From: the human T2T-CHM13v2.0 reference genome, Homo sapiens
Assembly (NCBI GenBank): GCA_009914755.4
Contig: CP068257.2
Span: forward strand, 18,336,001 to 18,400,000
Length of the DNA stretch: 64,000 nucleotides
Direction of reading: 5' to 3'
Under the pieces are notes generated by a model that was not told where the DNA came from, made no database searches, and saw nothing but the letters and a program-made list of their open reading frames with translations. How positions within the stretch are numbered: the first letter of the stretch is position 1; the number at the start of each line of letters is the position of its first letter. Made by a program: the position numbers and the translations under genes. This document shows, piece by piece, positions 53,024 to 64,000 of the stretch.

Positions 53024-55517
53024 TTATTGAGGAACATATTAAGACATGATAGAAAGAGGCAAGAAGATAAAAGCATCCTATGAATTCAAAACTGAAATGG
53101 AAAGAGGGGAAAGTTCTCTTTCACATTGTACCATGTTAACAGATCCTTTATTTAAATTGTCCAGCTTTTGGTTGTTTGTATCATTCTCCGTATGTAACAT
53201 TCCAAACACTTGGGAGGGTTAGCCTGCTCTGTATTTGTCTGCAAGCCTGGCTTTTCACTCAGACCATGGTTGTTTTATAGCATTTGGTTTATGCATTTTT
53301 AAATGTTTTTGGATGTTTCATTGTTTAGTCAGCAGGTTGGTAGCGAAAAAAATAGAAAAAAACCATATGCTCCCTGAACTGAGAGAGCATTTTGGAAGAA
53401 GTCAAAATAGGGCAACAATATGTTTTAAATTGATTTCAAATTATAATGTCTTTGGAAAATAATATAAAACCTCCCCAAAGTGAGAAATCTTATGGCAAAT
53501 TTATATTTTCAAATGAAATGTGACTGTAATCATACCTTTAAAAAATAATTATTTTTTTTTACCAAATGTTGTATCTACATAGACTTTGTTTTCATGGAAT
53601 AATAATCATATCAATCTATATGATAAAACACATTACAGGCAGTCATTTATATGGTAATTTGGTTTTTAGGACCAAAAAAATGGTTTATATGCAAAACCAT
53701 TTTGACCTTGAAAAAATAGCATCTTTTGATATATTTTGTCTAAAACTTTAAAATAATATTAATAAATCACTACAATTATTTTTGTGCTAAACGTAAATGC
53801 TGAACATCCAAACTTGATAGGCATATTTAAATATTGCAAGAATTATTTATATATAAAAACTATTTTAAAAATATAAATCTAAATATATGTGTGAAATAAT
53901 GGCACATAATAGATATTTTCCAGCCTGGCACTTTAACCATAAATTTCTTCTAAAACAACTTAGCCCATGCATACTCTAATACAGACGTCACATCCTTTTC
54001 TTACTTCTTCACTATAAATGTTATATGTAAAATACAAAGAAATTGTCTCTTTTGATTAAATTTTGGCCGTATAGTTGAAATGTTGTCTCTATTAGCAGAG
54101 AGTTCTGCTAAAAACAACTATGATATCTGGCAGGTGGATGTCCAGTGATAACTTTTATGCACCAAAACTTTGATTTCACCTTGATGTAGCTCTGTGGATC
54201 CAGTACAAAAAAGAATATCATCTTTGAACCTACTAGTGAATATTTCAGTTCCCCAGTTGGAATGGAAATATTCTCAGAAATCCATCTCAATTGGAGCCCT
54301 GAAATAATTTTAGAATCTGCTCTCAGGATACACCATCTTCCTTAAAATCAAATTCCTGTTAGTCTCTGGCTATAGAATTGCTCTAAACTGAACAACATAA
54401 AGTCAGTCCTAGATAAATCACTGGCCTTTTTCATCCTAAGAGCATTATCCCTTTAATTCTGGTATCTGCCACCAGGTAGCAATATTATGAGTAGATTATG
54501 AATATTCAGCATCCACACTGGACATAGATATCTGAAAAAGGTTTAAACGACAATTTAATCATTTAGGTATTCATTCTTAAATTAATATAAAATTAAGTGA
54601 CTATTCTTACATCAGAGTTATTATCTTAGTTTCAATAACCTCAGCATCTTAGATACTGGCTAACAACATATAGTACACAATCCACATCAATAATTATTGA
54701 AGGAGGTAATTAACAAGATTCAAAAAATAAAATACCCCTTGAAGCAAAATATAAGGAAATAAATAATGCAATAGTTAATTTTATATATCAACTTCACTGG
54801 GCCAGGGGATGCTCAGATGTTTTGTTAAACATTATTTCTGGGTGGTCTGTGAGGGGGTTTGCAGAAGAAATCAGCATTTAAATTGGTGCGCTCAATAAAG
54901 TAAATGGTCCTTCCCCATGTAGGTAGACATCATTCAATCTATTGATAGTCTGAAATAGAAGAAGAAGATGGAGAAAGGTTGAATTCTCTCTCTCTCTGCA
55001 TGACAGTATGAGCTGGAAAACTGATCTTTCCCTGCCCTTGGAGCTCCTGGTTCTCAGACCTTCAGACTGGAACTGTCACAGGATGCTTGGGGTGTTGCTT
55101 CGCCAGCTGGAAACCTCTGTAGCCAGTGGTGCCTTTGCCCAATTTTTGCTTGGCCCACTGAGCTTGTTCCACCCACTCAGCCTGGCAGGCTGTGCTTGGC
55201 TGGCACTACCAGGTTGGATAACATGCCTGCCAAGGGTGAGCAAGCTTGGGATCTGGCCACTGCGCACAGCCAGGCACTCTGGCTGTGGTGGGGCAGGCAG
55301 CTCCAGGCTCCAGCATGGGTGCTGGCTCACTGCGAGGCTGCAGCTGGACCAGGCGTACCACAAGCAACTTCCACAGTTGGCATCAAGGGCACACAGTGGT
55401 GCCCAGAAGCATGGAGATGCCAGGAACCATAGAGCTACAAAGAGTGTGTCACAGCCTGGCTTGGGGAGCTTCTAAGTCTGGCCTCCCCAATGGGACCCAA
55501 TTGCTGTTCTCTCCTTC

Positions 55518-56227
<710 letters not shown>

Positions 56228-56699
56228 TCTGGCTGAGTCTGGGGGTTTCTAAGGGCTTCAGAGGGGAGAAAGTGTGTGCTTATTGGTCCATAGGTGGCCA
56301 TGGGTGGGCCCAGAAAAGGCACCACCACTTCCTACTCCAGTCTGCAGGGCTGGCAGCCTGGTCCCCAGGCTTCAGGCCTTCCCTAGCTTGAAGGTGAGGT
56401 TTCACAGGGAAACTGCCCCGCTCTGGCCTGCAGTCTGTCTGCCTCCTGACACTGTTCATGGTGCCCAGGCTGTTCATGCTGAGGGGTACCTGCAGGCCAG
56501 TGCCAAGCTGCCCTCAGCATCCCCCTGGCTTCCCTCCCATGCTCGTTGGCACGGAAAGTACAGAGTCAGTGCTGCCCCAAGCATGTGCACATTGGGCCAG
56601 GTTGTGACAGCACCCAGTCTCGGCCTCAACTTTGCTCAGATAGGAGCAGGCTCTGGGAGTGGGGAGAGGCCAGGCAGCAGGAACATGCACTTCTGAGCC

Positions 56700-56930
56700 C
56701 CCTGAGAGTGCAGAGATGCCTGGGTCTGCAGCTGTGGCTTGGGCAGCTGCAGCTGCACTTGGGATGATGGGGCTCCTGCCTGCTCCCAGCTCCCAAGAGC
56801 ATAGGGAGGCCCAGGTCAACAGCTGTAGCTGGGTGGCTGCAGCTGTACCTGGGGAACGTGAAGTTCCCACCATGCCAATTCAGAAGCGGGCAGGGCTTTT
56901 GCCTGTTTCCAGCTCCCACTGTCTCCCTGC
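56700..56930. repeat. ~100-bp tandem duplication (GC-rich, gctgcagctg-rich) inside the GC-rich block
   Basis: ctgcagctgtggcttgggcagctgcagctgcacttgggatgatggggctcctgcctgctcccagctccc versus cagctgtagctgggtggctgcagctgtacctgggg...ttgcctgtttccagctccc. Confidence 0.6.
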
Positions 56931-58792
56931 AGCACGCAGCACCGGCTGCACCTCCTCCACTGCTGCCAGCGTCATGGCAGCAGCTACTCAAGGTGGGTCG
57001 TCACTGCCATCAGAACTAGAATCTATGCAATCAGCTCTCTGGGTCCCAGGTCTTCTAACTGCACCACAGGCTTTCCTGGGTCTTCAGTATTTGAACTGCA
57101 CATCATGAGACTTCTCAACTTCATAACTGCATGGGCAAATTCTATATAATCAATCTCATCATATATACTTGTGTGTATATATATTCTATTGGTTCTGTTT
57201 CTGTGAAGAATCTTGACTAATACAAATAATTTTGATATTATCAATGTTTTCTTTTCTATCCTTTGTTTATCCTCAGCATTGCACATTTCTCTATTATACC
57301 TATGGCTCCTTTTCCAGAAAGGTGGCCTGGCAATTTGACTTTTCCACAAAAATGGATTCTATATATTCCATTAAAAATTATTATCAAATGATGTCATAGG
57401 ATCGATGTATAATATGTATTTTCCTTTGTCATAATTCACACATTGGTTTGCTGATTTTCTCAGCTTCTATTTTTACAAGTATTGAACTCTAATTAGATTA
57501 CTTTGATATTGTCTGATGGAGTTACTTTGGGGTATTTTAAACTTAGTTATAAATACTCCTTGTTGCTTTCTGCTGTACTTACTCTTTAGTTAAGTTAGAG
57601 ATAAATATTTTCTTTACTAGAAATTTTATAAGTATACTAATTTAAAATACATATATTCCAAGGGATTTTTTGAGTGTTCATATTATATCAATACATTTAA
57701 CAAATATTCAGAGAAAAGGTACTACATATGATGGCTCATACATGCATATAATGTGTAACGCAAAGTAAACATATAATATGTTTTGTAGGTTTTGGAGAAA
57801 AATTGTTGAGGACAATGAATACATACCCCTACTTCATGGACTAGGTGAGGGGGGGAATATTTTAAAAGTGCATTTGGAGTGTGTACAGAATTTAGCTTTA
57901 GCCACAAAAAGTATTTGGTGACACATTTGCTCTCTGTCTATTATGAATAAAATAAAATAAAACTGAGCAAAATATGAAGCAACCAATTTCAGACAAGTAA
58001 CATAGACCTGTGCTCACTGAAAAAACAAAACTTGATGATGTGAGATGCAGGCTCACCTGGGCTCCTAAAAGGGTAAGGTGGAGCCCAAGCATCGTACAGT
58101 GGTCTCACTGAGTTCTGCAGGCATAATGGGCAGTTGGAAGCAGCTTAATTTGCTAGAATTTGCATACCAGCCTGGAGAAAATGGAGCTGAGTGAGTTTTG
58201 GGAGGCAGAATTCTGTACTAGTCTCCTGTTGGTCCATGTTTACATTCACTCTGAGACCTCACAACACATAGCAGAGAGCAGCTCCTATGAGATTTAGAAA
58301 TGAATGGTCATGCACTTTAGAAAAATGCTGAAATTCTAGATTATCCAGAATGGAAAAACTTCACAGGGGATGTAAGAAATTCAGCTGAGCCTCTAGAAAG
58401 ACCATGATTTAGGAGAAAAAAAACAATAAGTAAATGCTACACCTTAGGAATGAAGTTAGGAAATAGACCTGCTCTAAAAATAAGATCAAGCCTCATAGAA
58501 TAAAAACGATCCAGCAGGAATTTAGCTGTCTGAAAGATCAAAAGTAATTACCCTCTAAAGGAAGACAAATGTATGCAATCTGTCAATCAACCACCAGGAC
58601 CAGTATACAAACAACACATACAAAAAAGTAGAAAATGTTGATCACTAGTTTTAATAGTTGTTATTTAGCTTCCTAGTTATTATCCATATACATAATTATG
58701 TCATTTGCAAATAGGGGAGTTTAATTTCTCTCTCTTTTCTCTAATTTTTACAACTTTTTCATGCCTTATTGAATGGGTTAAATGATATATAT

Positions 58793-59070
<278 letters not shown>

Positions 59071-59210
59071 ATATATACTGTATTCTTTTTCCTTAGATCG
59101 AGTTTTTTGAAGAACATTTGTATCAGTGTAGCAACCATTAAATGCAATTCATAGAGGTATAGGTAAACATCCTTTAAATAGAATTATCTATCTATATGTA
59201 TATGTCTGTC

Positions 59211-59272
59211 TACGTATCCGTATCTATCTATCTATCTATCTATCAATCTATCTATCTATCTATCTTCTATCT
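59211..59272. repeat. (TCTA)n tetranucleotide microsatellite, imperfect
   Basis: tatctatctatctatctatctatcaatctatctatctatctatc. Confidence 0.95.
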
Positions 59273-61025
59273 GTCATTCTATATATCTAAATATCCCAAG
59301 AGAATTTTTAAAAGTTAAATGAAAGAGAGGAAAGAAAAGAGATGGGTCAGATAGCAAACAAAGACCAAGAGGTGAATGTAAACTCAAATACCTTAATAAT
59401 TGTTTTAAAATTAAAGTATAGAATAAACACTGCCTATATGCTGTCTATTAGAGATACAATTTAAACATGGAGACACAAGAAGATAGAAAGTATAAAAGTG
59501 GAAAAAGATATACCCTAAAATCATTAAAAATGAAAAAAGTTTGAGTGACTGTATTAATATCAGACAATAGTGATATCAAGGTAGAAAGCACTAGTTAAGA
59601 TTTTAAAAGGAATTTTTTAATGGTGAAATGAAAAATTAAGAAAGACACAAAAATCCAGATATGAATTCACCTAACAAAAATGTTTCAAAATATCTGAAAC
59701 CAAATCACATGGTAGTGAAGAAAGAAAACGTCAAAACTGCAATCATAATTAAAGATTTAACACCATTTTCACATTGACTGATAAAATAAGAATACTAAAT
59801 AATCACTAAGTCTATAAAATATTTAACAAGAACTATCTGCTAACTTTAGTAATCAACATTTATTAAACACATACCCCAAAGTTGTAGAAAACATTTAGCA
59901 ACTTAGACCATAACTTGGGCCATACAAAAAGTTTCATGAAATTTCAAATGAGTGAAGAAATTTACATAGTAAGTTAACAAGATTACAGAATACAAGGCTA
60001 ACATACAAAAATTTATTTTATTTCTATATAATTAAAAACTGGAAAATAAAATAAAAATTTAATATAGAAAAACATGAAAATATGCAACAAAGGTTAATTT
60101 AACAAATGATATGTATAAATCTTCCACAAAAAAATAGAAAACATTAGAGATAAAATTTTTTATCTAATATGTATACCTAGATATTTTTATCTAACATATA
60201 TATCTAGATATATATATAGATATTTTATCTACTACATATATATTGCTTTATATAAATAAAGATACCATAATTATAAGTTGGAAGACTCAATTTTTTTAAA
60301 TGTTAATTGTCCTCAAAGTAATAGTCATTAATGCAACTCCAATAATAAATAATGCAACTCCAATAAAAATTGTAACAAGTGATTTCATAAAATCTAAAAG
60401 TTAATTCCAAAATTTATGGATAAATACAAAGAAAAAAACAAAGCAAATTTCACTAAGCTACAGAATCCACAAGAAAGGATTCTGTAGCTTCGAATTTTAT
60501 ATCTTGATCAAATTATCTGGACAATTGCAGGTCCCCAGAAGAGTTATTCTAATTCTATTGGGAGGGTTAGAAAAAGATTGCTGGGAATTGTAAAATAATT
60601 TTCTCTATAAGTTAGAGTAGTTTTAACATTGAATAATTTAAAATTAAATATAAATATTGATAATTGTAATAATATTTTAAATCAATTATTTCATGAATTA
60701 GATATATGCATTTCATTTTAGTCATTTGCTGTTTGTAAGAGATTCAAGTATAAGGGAATATCAAATAAGTTCCCATTATAAATCAAATATAAAATTCTGT
60801 TGAATAATAGAATCAAACTTTAGGTTTTAAAGGTAGAAGACAACTGTAAGTATTTAAGTAATATTAGCATATGCAGAAACCATAATATTAACCATATTTA
60901 TGTGTTTTTTGGAGTAATATGTGATGGGGTTTTGTTGATTTGTGCTTGGAAATCAAATATGGTAAATTAGTAAATGCATTTTTAAATACTTAAGACAATT
61001 TAATTACAGAAATTGTATAACCCAC

Positions 61026-63329
61026 TAATATGGTTTGGCTGTGCCCCCACCCAAATCTCATCTTGAATTGTAATTCCCACAATTCTCACGTGTCATGAGA
61101 GGAACCCAGTGGGAGGTGATTGAATCATGGGGGCGGGTCTTTCCCATGCTGTTCCCATGATAGTGAGTCTCATGAGATCTGATAGATTTAAAAATGGAAG
61201 ACTTCCTGCACAAGCTCTCTCTTTGCCTGCTACCATCCATGTAAGACGTGACTTGCTCCTCCTTAACTTCTGCCATGATTGTTAGGCTTCCCCGGCCACG
61301 TGGAACTGTAAGTCCAATTAAACCTCTTTCTTTTGTAAATTGCCCAGTCTCAGGTATGACTTTATCAGCCGTGAGAAAACAAACTAATACAGTATATAGG
61401 TATCAGTACAGTGGGTTGTTGCTGAAAAGATACCCGAAAATGTGGAAGCGACTTTAGAACTGGGTAACAGGCAGAGGTTGGAACAGTTTGGAGGGCTCAT
61501 AAGAAGACAGGAAAATGTGGGAAAGTTTGGAACTTCCTAGAGACTTGTTGAATGGCTTTGACCAAAATCCTGATAGCGATATGGACAATAAGGTCTAGGC
61601 TGAGGTGGTCTCAGATGGAGATGAAGAACTTGTTGGGAACTGGAGCAAAGGTGACTCTTGTTATGTTGTAGCAAAGAGACTGGCAGCATTTTGCCCCTGC
61701 CCTAGAGATTTGTGGAACTTTTAACTTGAGAGAGATGATTTAGGGTATCTGGTAAAAAAAATTCCTAAGCAGCAAAGCATTCAAGAGTTAACTTGGGTGC
61801 TGTTAAAGGCACTTAGTTTTACAAGTGAAGCAGAGCATAAAAGTTCAGAAAATTTGCAGCCTGACAATGTGATAGAAAAGAAAAACCCATTTTCTGAGGA
61901 GAAATTCAGGCTGGCTGCAGAAATTTGCAAAAGTTACTAGGAGCCGAATGTTAATCTCCAAGACAATGGGGAAAACGTCTCCAGAGCATGTCAGAGGTCT
62001 TCACGGCAGCCCTTCCCATCACAGGCCCAGAGGCCTAAGAGAAAATGGTTTAGTGGGACAGGCCCCCTGTGCTGAGTGCAGTCTAGGGACTTGATGCCCT
62101 GTGTCCCAGCCACTCCAGCTGTGACTAAAAGGGGCCAAGGTACAGTTTTGGCTGCTGGTTCAGAGGATGGAAGCCACAAGCCTTGGCAGCTTCCACATGA
62201 TGTTGAGCCTACAGGTATACAGAAGTCAAGAATAGAGGTTTGGGAACCTCCACCTAGATTTCAGAAGATACATGGAAATGCCTGCATACCCAGGAAGTAG
62301 TTTGCTGCAGGAATAGGGCCCTCATGGAGAACCTCTGCAACAGAAGTGTGAAAGAGAAATGTGGGGTCAGAGGCCCCACACAGAATCCCTACTGGGGCAC
62401 CACCTAGTGGAGCTGTGAGAAGAGGTCCCATCCTCCTCCAGATCCCAGAACGGTGGATCCCCTGACAGCTTGCACAGTGCGCCTGGGAAAGCCGCAAACA
62501 CTCAATGCCAACCCCTGAAAGCTGCTGGGAGGGAAGCTATACCCTGCAGAGCCACAGGGTGGAGCTGCCCAAGACCATGGGAACCCACCTCTTGCATCAG
62601 CATGACCTGGATGTGAGACATGAAGTCAAAGAAGATCATTTGGGAGCTTTAAGATTTGACTGCTCTGCTGGATTTCAGACTTGCTGGGGCCTGTAGCCCC
62701 TTCGTTTTGTCCAGTTCCTCCCACTTGGAGTGGCTGTATTTACCCAATGCCTCTACCCCTGTTGTATCTAGGACGTAACTAACTTGCTTTTGATTTTACA
62801 GGCTTATAGGCAGAAGGGACTTGACTTGTCTCAGATGAGACTTTGGACTGTGGACTTTTGAGTTAATGCTAAAATGAGTTAAAACTTTTGAGGGACTGTT
62901 GGGAAGGTGTGATTGGTTTTGAAATGTGAGGACATGAGATTTGGGAAGAGTAAGGGGCAGAATAATATGATTTGGCTGTGTCCCCACCCAAATCTCATCT
63001 TGAATTGTAACTCTTATAATTCCCATGCCTTCTGGAAGGAACCTGGTGGGAGGTGATTTAATCATGGGGGTGGGGCCTTTCCCATGCCATTCTCGTGATA
63101 GTAAGCCTCATGAGATCTGACAGCTTTGAAAACAGTAGTTTTCCTGCACAAGCTCTCTCTTTGCTTGCTGGCATCCATGTAAGAGGTGACTTGCTCCTCC
63201 TAGCCTTCTGCAATGATTGTGAGGCTTCTACAGCCATGTGGAACTGTAAGTCCAGCTAAACGCCTTTCTTTTGTAAATTACCCAGTCTCAGATATGTCTT
63301 TATCAGTAACGTGAAAAAAGACTAATACA
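61026..63329 (+). mobile_element. Complete THE1-type MaLR retrotransposon (THE1B-like): 5' LTR 61026-61391, internal 61392-62962, 3' LTR 62963-63329
   Basis: Both LTRs start taatatg(g/a)tttggctgtg(c/t)ccccacccaaatctcatcttgaattgtaa and end ...agtctcag(g/a)tatg(a/t)ctttatcag...actaataca. The internal part matches THE1-int (...gaaaatgtggaagcgactttagaactgggtaacaggcagaggttggaacagtttggagggctc...). 5-bp flanks cccac/ctcac suggest a TSD. Internal ORFs (61248-62696) are non-coding remnants. Confidence 0.85.
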
Positions 63330-63804
63330 CTCACTTAAAGGTGCTGGCTAGTATTTACTGGAATTATGTATAGCATAAGTGTTTCAGTTTGAACTAAAAA
63401 AGTGTAAAAGCAAACTTCTTAGTTTTTTAAATTTTGGCAAATTGTATATTAACTTTTAAAATGATGATAATACTAATGATGTTTTTATCGGCAATAAGTA
63501 AGCTGAGTTCAAGGATACCAGATATTTTGCATGTGTGAGTTTAAATTTTTTTTATTTAAAAAAGTGCTACTATCTTTATATTGTTCTCCCTCTTGGCAAT
63601 GTTTTAGCCATTAAATTACTTCTTCATTTATTAGGCAATAACAGTTTTCTTAAAACACTCAATCCTTTGTCTATAACTACATCAGGACCTTAAGAACACC
63701 CCAGAGGTTATGAGTGGGTTTAAGTGCGCCATCTGTGGTTCAATTAACTGTACACACATTTAATGTATTTAATACAGAAATACATTTTTTTAATTTTTTT
63801 AAGC

Positions 63805-64000
63805 TTTTATTTTAAGTTCAAGAGTAGATGTGCAAGTTCGTTACATAGGTAAACTTGTGTCATGAGGGTTTGTTGTACACAGTATTTCATCACCCAGGTA
63901 TTAATGCTGGTACTCATTAGCTATTTCTCCTGACCCTCTCCCTTCTCCCACCATCCACCCTCTGATAGGCCCCAGTGTGTGTTGTTCCTGTCTGTGTCTC
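63805..64000 (-). mobile_element. L1 3'-end fragment (older L1P subfamily), antisense, runs off the window end
   Basis: ttaagttcaagagtagatgtgcaagttcgttacataggtaaacttgtgtcatgagggtttgttgtacacagtatttcatcacccaggtattaa... is the reverse complement of an L1 3' region. Confidence 0.75.

Noticed and set aside
61248-62696. ORFs of 60-80 aa inside the THE1 internal region as possible retroelement proteins
   Set aside because: The THE1/MaLR internal sequence is a non-autonomous, non-coding remnant. The ORFs are short, in mixed frames and on both strands.

Overview
This window reads as primate, almost certainly human, nuclear DNA. It is AT-rich and gene-poor, and roughly half of it is interspersed repeats. 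I found no convincing host protein-coding exon, rRNA, tRNA, CRISPR array or CpG island. Nothing here looks prokaryotic, and I see no novel system beyond transposable-element biology. I cannot name the host locus from sequence alone.

Most system-like feature:
- A minus-strand gammaretrovirus-like provirus sits at 19802-24806 and looks HERV-E-like. It has two 465-bp LTRs that are about 93-94% identical, an exact 18-nt tRNA-Glu primer-binding site and a polypurine tract. It keeps a gag capsid reading-frame remnant and an env TM reading-frame remnant, and pol is deleted.

Second unexplained structure:
- A GC-rich, CpG-poor, tandem-repeat-rich block of about 1.9 kb (55081-57000) is embedded between the two ends of an MaLR-like LTR at 54795-57230. 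A ~98%-identical 285-bp copy of that LTR's 5' end lies 2.4 kb upstream at 52407-52691.

Other repeats recognised:
- At least 17 Alu elements, several AluY-like with intact target-site duplications.
- Antisense L1 pieces, including a ~4.5 kb ORF2/3'-end fragment at ~14150-18660.
- MaLR LTRs, including a complete 2.3-kb THE1 element (LTR-internal-LTR) at 61026-63329.
- Two DNA-transposon-like elements with terminal inverted repeats.
- Many microsatellites, including a (GAAA)n of ~140 bp.
- Several diverged local low-copy duplications.

All family names rest on my recollection of consensus sequences, not on a database search.
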